A stretch of 64,000 nt of DNA from an uncultured Actinomycetes bacterium (lineage in GTDB: Bacteria > Actinomycetota > UBA4738 > HRBIN12). Below the pieces are notes generated by a model. It was not told the origin of the DNA and ran no database searches. It saw nothing but the letters and a program-made list of their open reading frames with translations. Position numbers and translations under genes: made by a program. The first letter of the stretch is position 1. Each line of letters opens with the position of its first letter. Positions 10,383 to 20,176 of the stretch are shown piece by piece. The stretch is from NCBI GenBank assembly GCA_963758715.1, contig CAVWWK010000006.1, forward strand, positions 72,597-136,596, in the 5' to 3' direction.

Positions 10383-11825
10383 TCACGCGGCACCCCGGAC
10401 GCGGCCACGGATGATCCTCGTGAGGTCCTGGACCTGGCGGAACGTGGCGTCGCGCGCACGCATCTCGTCCTCGACCTTCTTGATGCCGTGCAGCACGGTC
10501 GTGTGGTCGCGCCCACCGAAGATCTCGCCGATCTTGACCAGGGAGAGGCCGGTGCACTCGCGGGTCAGGTACATCGCGATGTGTCGCGCCTGCGTGAGGG
10601 GCCTCGACCGAGACTTCGACATCAGGTCCGAGGTGGAGAGCTGGAAGTACTTCGCCGTCTCCTCCAGGATCAACGGCGGCGGGATCTCGTTCTCGGTCTG
10701 CGGGATCAGGTCCTGCAACGCGCGCTCGGCCAGCTCGATGTCGATCGCCTGGCCGGTGAGCTCGGACCAGGCGACCACGCGCACCAGGGCGCCCTCGAGC
10801 TCGCGGACCGACTGGTCGAACTTGGACGCGACGAACTCGATCACGGCAGGCGGAACGGTGATGTGGTCCCGCTCGGCTTTGAGCTGCAGGATCGCGATGC
10901 GTGTCTCCAGGTCGGGAGGCTGCACGTCGACGCAGAGCCCCCATCGGAACCGGCTGACCAGGCGATCCTCGAGGCCGCTCAGCTCGTGCGGCGGCCGGTC
11001 CGACGCGATCACGATCTGCTTGCCGGAGCCGTGCAGGTGGTTGAACGTGTGGAAGAACTCCGTCTGGGTCTCTTCACGCTTCGCCAGGAACTGGATGTCG
11101 TCGACCAGCAGCACGTCGACCTCGCGGTAGCGTTGGCGGAAGGCGTCGCCCCGCCGCTCTCGCACAGCCTTGATGAACTCGGTCACGAACTGCTCGGACG
11201 TCACGTACTTGAGGCGGAGGCTGGGCACGAGGCGATACATGTGATGGCCCACCGCGATCAACAGGTGCGTCTTCCCCAGTCCCACCCCGCCGTAGATGAA
11301 GAGCGGGTTGTAAGCCGTGGATGGGGGCGCCTCGGCGACGGCCATGGCGGCCGCGTGCGCGAACCGGTTGCTCGGGCCGGGCACGAAGGCGTCGAACGTG
11401 TAGTTGGGGAACGGCAGGCCGGGCGCACCCAGCGCTCGTCCACCGGGAAGGGCGGAGGGGTCGACGGGCGGCGGCGCGCCGATCGCCGCGTAGGAAGCCG
11501 GCGGAGCCGGGACGGGGTCGGTGACCGGGGCGTCCTCGACGCCGTTGCCGGTGCGCATGCCCTCGTCCACCTCGAGCTCGATCTTCACGGGGTGGCCCGC
11601 CGACTCGGCGGCGGCCTCCTCGATCAGGTGCAGGTGATGGTGCTGCAGGCGCTCCTTGACCAGGGGGCTGGGCACCGCGAGCGAGAGCGCATCGTCGCTC
11701 AGCGTCAGGGCCCGCACGTCGTCGAACCACATGACGACCGTGGTTTCGGGCAGGTCGGCCTTCGCCCGGTCCAGGACGTGCGCCCATGCTTGAAGTGCTT
11801 CATGTTCAGAGAACGCTACCGCCAT
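10383..11825 (-). CDS. dnaA: Chromosomal replication initiator DnaA
   Basis: 480 aa: ...NPLFIYGGVGLGKTHLL...LLVDDIQFL...(AAA+) and C-terminal HTH ...ARHIAMYLTRECTGLSLVKIGEIFGGRDHTTVLHG. Confidence 0.97.
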   Translation of the reverse strand: MAVAFSEHEALQAWAHVLDRAKADLPETTVVMWFDDVRALTLSDDALSLAVPSPLVKERLQHHHLHLIEEAAAESAGHPVKIELEVDEGMRTGNGVEDAPVTDPVPAPPASYAAIGAPPPVDPSALPGGRALGAPGLPFPNYTFDAFVPGPSNRFAHAAAMAVAEAPPSTAYNPLFIYGGVGLGKTHLLIAVGHHMYRLVPSLRLKYVTSEQFVTEFIKAVRERRGDAFRQRYREVDVLLVDDIQFLAKREETQTEFFHTFNHLHGSGKQIVIASDRPPHELSGLEDRLVSRFRWGLCVDVQPPDLETRIAILQLKAERDHITVPPAVIEFVASKFDQSVRELEGALVRVVAWSELTGQAIDIELAERALQDLIPQTENEIPPPLILEETAKYFQLSTSDLMSKSRSRPLTQARHIAMYLTRECTGLSLVKIGEIFGGRDHTTVLHGIKKVEDEMRARDATFRQVQDLTRIIRGRVRGAA

Positions 11826-11827
11826 GC

Positions 11828-11860
11828 GAATCCACAGGACCTTTCCACAACGGTGGAAAA
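11828..11860. promoter_or_regulatory. DnaA-box-like motifs upstream of dnaA (autoregulation or origin flank)
   Basis: GAATCCACAGGACCTTTCCACAACGGTGGAAAA contains ATCCACA, TTTCCACA and TGGAAAA directly 5' of the dnaA ATG (11825). Confidence 0.5.
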
Positions 11861-12087
11861 CTCATCTCCGGGGGATGGATGTCGTGGCGCCGCACCCGTC
11901 AAGGTCCGGGTCGCCTGGGGGAAGGCGGTGCGCACGTTAGCACAGGGGTTTCGGCCTCCACCCGGTCACGACGGGGTCTTGACACACTTTCTCTTGTCAA
12001 CGGGTTTGGCCAGCGATGATGCGGACTCGTATACTGCCGGGCGCCGGCGATCCGCCGGCTTTCGTCACGACTCGAGGACTCACGACC

Positions 12088-12237
12088 ATGGCCAAGGGCA
12101 AGCGCACATACCAGCCCAACAACCGTCGGCGCGCCCGCAAGCACGGGTTCCGCGCGCGCATGCGCACTCGCGCCGGCCGTTCGATCCTGAAGGCCCGCCG
12201 CCGCAAGGGCCGCGCGCGCCTCACCCCCACCCACTGA
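12088..12237 (+). CDS. rpmH: 50S ribosomal protein L34
   Basis: [49 protein letters not shown], from an inner ATG of track ORF 12016..12237. Confidence 0.95.
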   Translation: MAKGKRTYQPNNRRRARKHGFRARMRTRAGRSILKARRRKGRARLTPTH

Positions 12238-12244
12238 GCCCGGC

Positions 12245-12550
12245 GTGCGCTCGTCGCAGGTTGCCCGTGTGTACCGCGACGCCACCCGTTCGCGGGGAGA
12301 CCGGGTGGTAGTGTTGCTCGCGCCCGGCTCGGGGGGATGCGCGGTCGTGGCTACCCGTCGCGTCGGAAATGCGGTGCAGCGCAATCGAGCCCGGCGGATC
12401 CTGCGGGAGGCTTGGAGACAGGTGTCGCCGCAGGCCGGGGAGACATCCGATGTCGTCTTGGTGGCTCGTGAAGCTATCCGGGGCGCCAAGACGCAAGATC
12501 TGGTGACCGAGATGAACGAGTTGCTCCGCGACCGAGGACCGCAGGCGTGA
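12245..12550 (+). CDS. rnpA: Ribonuclease P protein component
   Basis: 101 aa, basic: ...VVATRRVGNAVQRNRARRILREAWRQ.... Lies immediately after rpmH. Confidence 0.85.
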   Translation: MRSSQVARVYRDATRSRGDRVVVLLAPGSGGCAVVATRRVGNAVQRNRARRILREAWRQVSPQAGETSDVVLVAREAIRGAKTQDLVTEMNELLRDRGPQA

Positions 12551-12847
12551 GCTCCCCGCGACGACTCATGTGGTGGTCCGGGGCCCCCGCCCGAGCGATA
12601 CTGACTCTCCGCGATCCGTGCGTACCGTGCCGTCCTCTCCGGGTGGCTGGGCGGTCAGTGCCGGTTCTACCCGTCGTGCAGCCATTACGCTGAGGACGCG
12701 ATCCGGTATCACGGCGCCGTCAAAGGGACGGGCCTCGCGACCTGGAGGCTCTTGCGCTGCAACCCGTTCGGCACCGGCGGTGTAGATCACGTGCCATCCT
12801 CGCCCAGGGACTCGCGTATGAGGATGTCATACCCACTGGAAGAGTGA
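12547..12847 (+). CDS. yidD: Membrane protein insertion efficiency factor YidD, with one frame break near 12605-12613
   Basis: GTG 12547 overlaps the rnpA stop (GTGA) and gives VSSPRRLMWWSGAPARAILTL. A shifted frame then gives IRAYRAVLSGWLGGQCRFYPSCSHYAEDAIRYHGAVKGTGLATWRLLRCNPFGTGGVDHVP. That frame is closed upstream by TGA at 12602 and has no start of its own. Confidence 0.75.
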
Positions 12848-12875
12848 GCCGATCGCGGGAAGCGAACGCCTGACG

Positions 12876-14169
12876 ATGCTCGCGGCGTCTTCGATCCCCG
12901 TCGTCGGAGAGCTCTTCCAGGGACTGCTCGATGCTATCGGGTGGGTCCTGGCAGCGATCTACGACGTGGTGCCCAACTACGGCGCCTCGATCATCATCCT
13001 GACCCTGATCATCCGCTTCATCCTGTTCCCGCTCGGCGTGAAGCAGATCAAGTCGATGCAGCACATGCAGGCGATCCAGCCGAAGATCAAGGAGCTCCAG
13101 CGCAAGTACAAGGGGAACAAGCAGAAGACCCAGGAAGAGACGATGAAGCTGTACAAGGAGGCCGGCGTCAATCCGCTGGGCGGCTGCCTCCCGGTCCTGG
13201 CGCAGTTCCCTATCTTGATCGCGATGTACGCGGTGCTGCGCGCTCCCGGCCTCGTGGCCGTCGATGCGGCCGACCAGCCGGTGCCCGAGGGTTCGCAGGA
13301 GCAGGTCGCCGCGTACGAGGTCACGAACAACCACCTGCCGGTTGACAGCGAGCTGTTCGCCGACACGATCAACCACGAGGACACGGGCCTGGTCATCGTG
13401 AATCTGCAGTGTTCCGCCGCGCAGGCAGGCACGCAGGCGCCGATCAACGACTCCAACGGCCAGCAGGTGACGGCGGGGCTGCCTCTCGTGAATGACAGCG
13501 GGCAGGAGCTCGACTCTTTCACATCGCGGAGCACCATCGACTGCGGTGACAGCCCGATCGACAAGGTGGCGTACGTCTTGCTCCTGCTCCTGATGATCGG
13601 AGGCACGTTCTACCAGCAGCGGCAGATGCAGCGGGCCAGTCCCCCGAACGCGGCCTCTTCACAACAGCAGGCAATCATGAAGGTGATGCCGTTGTTCTTC
13701 GGCGTCATCGGTTGGACGTTCCCGGCCGGCCTGGTGCTGTACTGGACCGTCTCGAACCTGTTCCAGGTCGGCCAGCAGACGTTGATGCTGCGGGCCGGAC
13801 ACATCGGCCCCGATGCCCTCGACAAGCGCATGGCCGAACAGAAAGCCAAGCAAGAGGCGCGAGGCGATGCTCCGGCGAAGAAGGGCTTGATGTCCTCGTT
13901 GCTGGCGCGCGCGGAGGTCGAGCGGAAGCGGCGGGACGCAGGTGCCCAGAAGCCGAGCAGCGCCAAGAAGCCGACTGGCGGCAAGGGGCCAACGACCAAG
14001 GGTTCCGGCAGCCGAGGTGGATGCCGCCAAGGGCGGATCCAGCGGCAAGGGCAGTCGATCGAGCGGATCGAGCGGCTCAAAGGGCGGCGCCGGCGAAAGC
14101 AAGGGTGGCTCGCAGCCCAGGCGAAAGAAGCCGGGATCGGGAGGAGGCTCGGGTGGCTCGAGAGGCTGA
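12876..14169 (+). CDS. yidC: Membrane protein insertase YidC, with one frame break near 14000-14030 and an unusually long periplasmic loop
   Basis: ...IRFILFPLGVKQIKSMQHMQAIQPKIKELQRKYKGNKQKTQEETMKLYKEAGVNPLGGCLPVLAQFPILIAMY...MKVMPLFFGVIGWTFPAGLVLYWTVSNLFQVGQQ. The Gly/Ser/Lys tail continues in track frame 13942..14169. The 544-aa track ORF is a read-through into jag. Confidence 0.85.
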
Positions 14170-14821
14170 GGGTCGTGGTCCGACGGTGGACGAGGCGGTG
14201 GAGACCGCCTTGGACGAACTGTCTGCCACCCGGGACGACGTCGAGGTCCAGGTCATCCGTGAGGCAGATCAGGATGGGGGCGCCGTCGTGCGGGTCACCG
14301 TGCGCGACGCCTCGCCCGACGCCTCGCCCGATCTCCGTTCGGACGGCCCCGGGCTCGATGAGCTGGAGGAGCAGGCAGACGCCGGGGCGGACTTCCTGGA
14401 CGAGATGCTCTCGCACATGGGAATCGACGCCATCGCGGAGCCGAACCAGCAGGGTTCCCACATGTACGTCGACATCGTCGATGGGCCCGAAGAGGACATG
14501 TCGCTCCTGATCGGCCGCCATGGCCAGACGCTGGAAGCGATCCAGGAGCTGACCCGCATGGCGGTCGCCCGGAAGCTGGACCAGCGGGTGCGCATCATCG
14601 TCGACGTCGAGGACTACCGTAAACGTCGAGAATCCCGCCTGGAGGAGCATGCGCGGGAGCTCGCCGAGCGCGTCGCGAGCAGCGGCCGGGAGGAAGAGCT
14701 CGAGCCGATGAACTCCTACGAGCGGAAGCTCGTGCACGACGCGGCCGCCGAGGTGGACGGTGTCGAGACGATCTCGCGGGGCGAGGAGCCAGGCCGCTAC
14801 GTCGTCATCCTGCCCATCTAG
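14153..14821 (+). CDS. jag: Jag/KhpB-type RNA-binding protein (Jag_N, KH, R3H)
   Basis: GTG 14153 lies 5 nt after GGAGGAGG. VAREAEGRGPTVDEAVETALDEL...LLIGRHGQTLEAIQELT...MNSYERKLVHDAAAEVDGVETISRGEEPGRYVVI. Overlaps the yidC stop. Confidence 0.85.
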   Translation: MAREAEGRGPTVDEAVETALDELSATRDDVEVQVIREADQDGGAVVRVTVRDASPDASPDLRSDGPGLDELEEQADAGADFLDEMLSHMGIDAIAEPNQQGSHMYVDIVDGPEEDMSLLIGRHGQTLEAIQELTRMAVARKLDQRVRIIVDVEDYRKRRESRLEEHARELAERVASSGREEELEPMNSYERKLVHDAAAEVDGVETISRGEEPGRYVVILPI

Positions 14822-14867
14822 GCCAGTCATCCGACCAGATCCGAGCCGTTTCGCCGTCCGCTGTACC

Positions 14868-15503
14868 ATGCCGCTCGATGGGCGGAGGGGCGTGTTTCAC
14901 GTGAAACATGAGGGTTGGGATGTCCTCGCGGGCCTGGGACTGGAACTGGCCGGCGAGCAGATCGACACCCTGGAGCGATACGAACGACTCCTTGTCGATC
15001 GAGCCGCTCCGGCGGGCATGATCGCGGGGTCAGACCTCCCTCGGCTTCGGGAACGTCATGTGCTGGACTGCCTGCGGGCGGTCCCGCTCGTCCCACCGGC
15101 CGACAGCCTCTGTGATCTCGGCTCGGGAGCGGGCCTGCCCGGGATCCCCATCGCGATCGCCAGGCCCGACCTCCGGATCGTCCTCGTCGAGGTCCGGCGG
15201 AACCGAGCCGCGTTCTTGGAGTCGACCGTGACCGACCTGCATCTGCCGCACGTCACCGTTCACGGGCGGCGTTCGGAGACCCTCCGGGAATCGGTGGACG
15301 TGTGCACCGCTCGCGCGTATGCCCGTCCCGGCAAGTCCTGGGAAGCCGCCCAACGGCTTCTCGCGCCCCAGGGGCGCCTGATCTACTGGGCGGGCGCGAC
15401 CTTCGATCCGCACGAGGACGTGCCCGCGGGCGTGGCCGTCGCACTTTTCCCGAGCGTCGCACTTGCAAGGTCGGGGGTCCTCGCTATCATGGGCCGGCAG
15501 TGA
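14868..15503 (+). CDS. rsmG: 16S rRNA (guanine527-N7)-methyltransferase RsmG
   Basis: ...RERHVLDCLRAVPLVPPADSLCDLGSGAGLPGIPIAIARPDLRIVLVEVRRNRAAFLE.... Conserved position before parA. Confidence 0.9.
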   Translation: MPLDGRRGVFHVKHEGWDVLAGLGLELAGEQIDTLERYERLLVDRAAPAGMIAGSDLPRLRERHVLDCLRAVPLVPPADSLCDLGSGAGLPGIPIAIARPDLRIVLVEVRRNRAAFLESTVTDLHLPHVTVHGRRSETLRESVDVCTARAYARPGKSWEAAQRLLAPQGRLIYWAGATFDPHEDVPAGVAVALFPSVALARSGVLAIMGRQ

Positions 15504-17071
15504 CCAAGGCCTCCGGCGCCAGCGCCGCCCCGCGTTCCTCTCCGTCACGCTCCCCCACCAAGGGCGCTTCATCCACCGCAGCCAAGGCGAAGCAGGGGCG
15601 GTCGAAACCCCAGCCGGTTCCGCCGGAAACCCCCGGGATAGCGCGGATCATCGCCATCGCCAACCAGAAGGGCGGTGTGGGCAAGAGCACCACCGCCGTG
15701 AGCTTGGGAGCCACGCTCGCCGACCTCGGATACCGCGTCCTGGTCGTCGACCTGGACCCCCAGGGGAACGCCTCGACGGGACTGGGGATCAAGCACGAGG
15801 CCCGAGAGATCACCGTCTATGACGTGATCGTGTCCGAGGCGGCGGTCGGCGACTCCATCGTCGAGACCCCGGTCCCTCGGCTCCATGCCATCCCGTCGAC
15901 CATCGACCTGGCGGGTGCCGAGATCGAGCTGGTCAGTCAGTTCTCGAGGGAGACGAGGCTCAAGAAGGCCGTCGCGGCGATCCGCGAGGGCGTGTACGAC
16001 TTCATCCTGCTCGACTGCCCCCCATCGCTGGGGCTGCTCACCATCAACGCCCTCACTGCGGCTGAGGAGCTCATCGTCCCGATCCAGTGTGAGTACTACG
16101 CGCTCGAAGGTGTGGGCCAGCTCCTGAGGAACGTCTCCTTGGTCCAGCAGAACATCAATCCCGGGCTGCGACTCACCGGCATCGTGATGACCATGTTCGA
16201 CCCGAGGACCAAGCTGTCCGAGCAGGTCGTGGAAGAGGTGCAGCGATATTTCGGCGACCTGGTGTACGACGTCATCATCCCCCGAACAGTCCGCCTGTCG
16301 GAGGCGCCGGGCTACGGCCAGCCCATCACGGTCTACGATCCCAAGTCCAAGGGGGCGGAGTGCTATCGCGAGCTCGGGCGTGAGGTCGCCCTGCGACCGC
16401 CCCCCACCGAGCCGATGCCGTCGTTCGATGACCTGCCGACGATCGTGATGCCGACCGTCGGGGACGCCGTCCCACAGCGGAGCGCGCCAGCGCCACTCGA
16501 TGAGACCGAACTGGGTGACGTCCCCACGGTCCACGGAGTCATGGACGAGGCCGACGCCCCCGTCGACGAGGAACCCGCCGAGGAACCGCCCGACCTTGCC
16601 CCCGCCGAGGACCCAGTTCGCGCCGGGGACACCGGGAGTCTGCAGGACGAAGTAGAAACCATGGATCGGACCGAGGACGTGACCCCCCCGCCCCCCCTGC
16701 ACGTCCCGCCGGCGCCGGTGTCGGCGCCGGTTCCCGACCGGACCGATGTCGGCGCCGATCCGCGATCGATGGAAGACGTGGACGATGACGAACTCTGGGA
16801 GGACGACGGAACGACACGAGCCTCCGAGCCTCGAGTCGCGCCGCCGCGTTCCCCCGCGCCACCCGGGCACCTTCCCGAACGACGTGTGGTGGTCATCGAC
16901 GAGGACGCCGACCTGTCCTCTGGATCGAAAGATCCGGCCGAACCGCCCGCCGCCCAGGGACCGCACGGACCCGATGAGCATCCGGCCGTCGCCGACATCG
17001 GAACCACGCTGGAGGACGAGGACGACTCACGCAAACGTCGATGGCGATTGTTCCGCAAGGGAGGCGAATGA
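15500..17071 (+). CDS. parA: ParA/Soj chromosome partitioning ATPase with a ~46-aa N-terminal and a ~225-aa acidic Pro-rich C-terminal extension
   Basis: GTG 15500 overlaps the rsmG stop (GTGA). Core: RIIAIANQKGGVGKSTTAVSLGATLADLGYRVLVVDLDPQGNAS...LLDCPPSLG...PRTVRLSEAPGYGQPITVYDPKSKGAECYRELGREV. The tail ends in SRKRRWRLFRKGGE. Confidence 0.9.
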   Translation: MTKASGASAAPRSSPSRSPTKGASSTAAKAKQGRSKPQPVPPETPGIARIIAIANQKGGVGKSTTAVSLGATLADLGYRVLVVDLDPQGNASTGLGIKHEAREITVYDVIVSEAAVGDSIVETPVPRLHAIPSTIDLAGAEIELVSQFSRETRLKKAVAAIREGVYDFILLDCPPSLGLLTINALTAAEELIVPIQCEYYALEGVGQLLRNVSLVQQNINPGLRLTGIVMTMFDPRTKLSEQVVEEVQRYFGDLVYDVIIPRTVRLSEAPGYGQPITVYDPKSKGAECYRELGREVALRPPPTEPMPSFDDLPTIVMPTVGDAVPQRSAPAPLDETELGDVPTVHGVMDEADAPVDEEPAEEPPDLAPAEDPVRAGDTGSLQDEVETMDRTEDVTPPPPLHVPPAPVSAPVPDRTDVGADPRSMEDVDDDELWEDDGTTRASEPRVAPPRSPAPPGHLPERRVVVIDEDADLSSGSKDPAEPPAAQGPHGPDEHPAVADIGTTLEDEDDSRKRRWRLFRKGGE

Positions 17072-17961
17072 TGACCAAGCGAGGTGGTCTGGGCAGGGGA
17101 CTGTCCGCGCTGATCCCGGGGGCTCCGGAGACCGGCGAGGGGCCCGCCGGTCTGCTCGAGGTGCCGGTCAATGCCGTCGGGCCGAACCCCAAGCAGCCCC
17201 GTACCCGTTGGGACGAGGTGGAGATCCAGGCCCTCGCGGCTTCGATCCGTGAGGTCGGCATCCTGCAGCCGATCGTCGTGCGGAAGTCCGGCGAGCGGTA
17301 CGAGCTGGTCGCGGGGGAGCGGCGCCTGCGGGCCGCGAAGGTCGCGGGCCTGGCGACCGTTCCCGTGGTGTTGCGCGATACCGACGACTCCGACCTCCTG
17401 CGCGAAGCCCTCATCGAGAACATCCACCGACAGGACCTCGGGCCGATCGAGCTCGCCGAGGCGTTCCGCCAGCTGCTGGAGGAGCTCGGCCTCAAGCAGG
17501 AAGAGCTCGCCGACCGGGTCGGTGTGTCGCGGTCACACATCGCCAACACGATCCGGCTCCTGCAGCTCCCCCTCGATTCACAACAGCTGCTCACGGACGG
17601 GAAGATCCAGGCCGGACACGCCCGGGCCCTGCTGTCGCTCGGCGACGCCGAGGCCGTGAACTCGCTCGCGCTGCGTGTAGCGGCCGAGGACCTCTCCGTG
17701 CGTGAGACCGAAGAGCTCGTCCGCCGCTACGTGGAGGGACCCCCGAAGAAGGAAGAGAAGCCGGAGCCTGTGGGCGGGGACACGCCGCAGGTCGGTATGG
17801 CCGAGGTCGAGGAGATCCTGTCCGAGCAGCTGGCGACCCGCGTGCAGATCCAGATGAACAAGAAGCGAGGCCGCGTGATTATCGAGTTCGGTTCCCCGGA
17901 CGACCTCGAGCGGATCGTCTCGGAGATCGTGGGTTCAGGTCCGGGATTGGCCCCCGACTGA
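17068..17961 (+). CDS. parB: ParB/Spo0J chromosome partitioning protein
   Basis: SD GGGAGG lies 4 nt before ATG 17068. MMTKRGGLGRGLSALIP...NPKQPRTRWDEVEIQALAASIREVGILQPIVVRK...YELVAGERRLRAAK...VSRSHIANTIRLLQLP. Confidence 0.93.
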   Translation: MMTKRGGLGRGLSALIPGAPETGEGPAGLLEVPVNAVGPNPKQPRTRWDEVEIQALAASIREVGILQPIVVRKSGERYELVAGERRLRAAKVAGLATVPVVLRDTDDSDLLREALIENIHRQDLGPIELAEAFRQLLEELGLKQEELADRVGVSRSHIANTIRLLQLPLDSQQLLTDGKIQAGHARALLSLGDAEAVNSLALRVAAEDLSVRETEELVRRYVEGPPKKEEKPEPVGGDTPQVGMAEVEEILSEQLATRVQIQMNKKRGRVIIEFGSPDDLERIVSEIVGSGPGLAPD

Positions 17962-17962
17962 G

Positions 17963-18899
17963 TCAGGACCGCGCTGGCTGCCGACCGTACGATACGGTCA
18001 CACAGATCTCCCACTCCCATGCCCACCGCGTGTCCCCCCATGGGCAGGAGGCTCGTCTCGGTCATGCCGGGGCATACGTTGACCTCCAGGACCCAGGGCT
18101 CGCCGTTGGGATCGACGATCATGTCCACGCGGGTGACGTCGCGCAGGCCCAACGCGCGCGCGGCCAGGAGCGCCTGGGCCACGCACGATGCCGCGACCGC
18201 CTCGTCCACGCGCGCCGGCGCGAAGTATTCGGTGGCCCCGGCCGTATACCGCGCCGCGTAGTCGTAGACCCCGCCCTTCGGCACGATCTCCACCACCGGC
18301 AACGCCTCCAGTTGCGTCCCGATCAGGCCAACCGCGACCTCGATCCCCTCGACCCGCGCCTCGACCACAGCCGCGCCGCTGAACGACAGGGCCGCCATCA
18401 CCGCGGCGGGCAGGTCCGCCTCTCGGTCGACCGTCCCCACTCCCAGCGCAGATCCGCTCCGAGAGGGCTTCACGATGCAGGGCAGGCCCACCCGCTCGAT
18501 CGCTGCGCCCAAGGCCGCGCCGGCTCCCAGGTCGCGCAGGGCCCAGCCTTCGATGGCGACCCAGGTCGGCGTTCGGATCTCCGCCCGGCTGAGCGCGTCC
18601 TTGGCCAGGATCTTGTCGAATGCGACCTCGCAGTCGAACGCCGCGGTACCGGTGTAGGGGATCCGAAGCAAGTCCAGCAGGCGCTGCACGGTGCCGTCCT
18701 CGCCTTCCTTGCCGTGGAGCGCCAGGTAACAGAGCTCGGGTACGTGTTCCTGGAGCGCCTCGGCCAGGGCCGTCTCGCCGGGGTCGATAAGCGACGCCTC
18801 GTGCCCCAGTTCCTGCAGCGCCGTCAGGACGCGGTGGCCGCTTCGGAGCGAGACATCTCGCTCGGGGGTCCGACCGCCAGCGAGCACCGCGATCCTCAC
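17963..18899 (-). CDS. ddl: D-alanine--D-alanine ligase; a probable frame break near its 3' end (~17985)
   Basis: GTG 18899 overlaps the aminotransferase stop (GTGA). VRIAVLAGGRTPERDVSLRSGHRV...LALHGKEGEDGTVQRLLDLLRIPYTG...IVKPSRSGSALGV...EVNVCPGMTETSLLP. The track ORF runs on 235 nt into parB. A one-base shift gives a stop at 17963-17965, 2 nt from the parB stop. Confidence 0.85.
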
Positions 18900-20122
18900 G
18901 GGTGAAGGCTCCGGTACAGCTCGACCTCGTCCTCGATCAGCGCGGCGAGGCGGGTGATGCCCTCGCGGATCCGGTCCTCGGTGGGATAGCAGAAGGCGAG
19001 GCGCATCTGGTTCTTGCCGCGACCATCGGGGTAGAAGGCGGTCCCGGGCACGTAGGCGACTCGGCGTTCGACCGCCGCCGCGAGCATCGCCTGGGTGTCG
19101 AACCACTCCGGCAGCGTGACCCACACGTAGAACCCGCCCGACGGGTTCGTCCACATCGCGCCGTCGGGGAAGAGCTCCTCGATCGACTCCAGCATGACGT
19201 CGCGCCTGGACCGATAGGTGTCGACCAGCGTGGCGAGGTTCGCGAGCCAGCGGTCGCCGGCCAGGTAGCGCTCGGTCACCAACATGGTGAACGAGGAGCC
19301 GCACAGGTCGGCCGCTTCCTTCGCCAGCACCAGGCGCTGCACGACCGACTGTTCGGCCAGGGCCCACCCCACGCGCACCCCCGGGGAGAAGACCTTCGAG
19401 ACCGTGCCCAGGTAGATCACGTTCTCGGGGTCGAGGGTTCGAAGGCACGGAAGCGGCTCACCATCGAAGCGGAGCATGCCGTACGGGTTGTCCTCGATGA
19501 TGGGGATCGAGGCCTCGCGGCACAGCGACACCAGCTGCTGACGCCTGGCGTATGATAGCGTCACACCTGCCGGATTCCCGAAGTTCGGGCACGTGTAGAC
19601 GAACTTGGGCCGCTCGCCACGCACCAGCGCCTCCTCGAGCTGTTCGACCCGCATGCCATCCTCGTCCACGTCGATCTGCAGGTAGCGGGGCTCATAGGCG
19701 CTGAAGGCGGTGAGCGCGCCCACGTATGCGGGCGCCTCGACCGCGATGAGGTCGCCGGCGTCAACGAAGATCTTGCCCACGAGGTCGAGGGCCTGCTGCG
19801 CGCCGGTCGTGATGACCACGTCCTCGGGGTCTGCGACGACATCCTCGCGCGCCATCAGGTCGCGCAGCCGCTCGCGCAGGGCCGGATGACCCTGACCACC
19901 GCCGTACTGGAGGGACGTGGTGCCGTGTTCGGCCAGGACCTCGCGCACCACCTCGAGCACGTCCTCGTCGGGGATCGCCTGCACGTACGGCATGCCGCCG
20001 GCAAGCGACACCACCTCGGGGCGTGACGCGACGGCGAAGAGAGCCCGGACCTCCGACGCCGACATCCCGGAGGTCCGGTTGGCGTAGAGATCGACGAAAC
20101 GATCGATACTGAACTCGGCCAT
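18896..20122 (-). CDS. PLP-dependent aminotransferase (class I/II, 2-aminoadipate/aromatic transaminase-like)
   Basis: 408 aa: ...SLAGGMPYV...TTGAQQALDLVGKIF...YTCPNFGNPAGVTL...IIEDNPYG...GTVSKVFSPGVRVGW (PLP lysine motif). Confidence 0.85.
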   Translation of the reverse strand: MAEFSIDRFVDLYANRTSGMSASEVRALFAVASRPEVVSLAGGMPYVQAIPDEDVLEVVREVLAEHGTTSLQYGGGQGHPALRERLRDLMAREDVVADPEDVVITTGAQQALDLVGKIFVDAGDLIAVEAPAYVGALTAFSAYEPRYLQIDVDEDGMRVEQLEEALVRGERPKFVYTCPNFGNPAGVTLSYARRQQLVSLCREASIPIIEDNPYGMLRFDGEPLPCLRTLDPENVIYLGTVSKVFSPGVRVGWALAEQSVVQRLVLAKEAADLCGSSFTMLVTERYLAGDRWLANLATLVDTYRSRRDVMLESIEELFPDGAMWTNPSGGFYVWVTLPEWFDTQAMLAAAVERRVAYVPGTAFYPDGRGKNQMRLAFCYPTEDRIREGITRLAALIEDEVELYRSLHP

Positions 20123-20176
20123 GGGAAGGGCACTCAGCCTAGCAGCGGCCCTCTGCCGCTTCGGGAGCGGCGCGGG

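Noticed and set aside
14170-14510. Continuation of the 544-aa yidC track ORF
   Set aside because: Past ~14020 it becomes Arg-rich junk overlapping jag. The genuine Gly/Ser/Lys-rich tail and its stop (14167-14169) are in the neighbouring frame.
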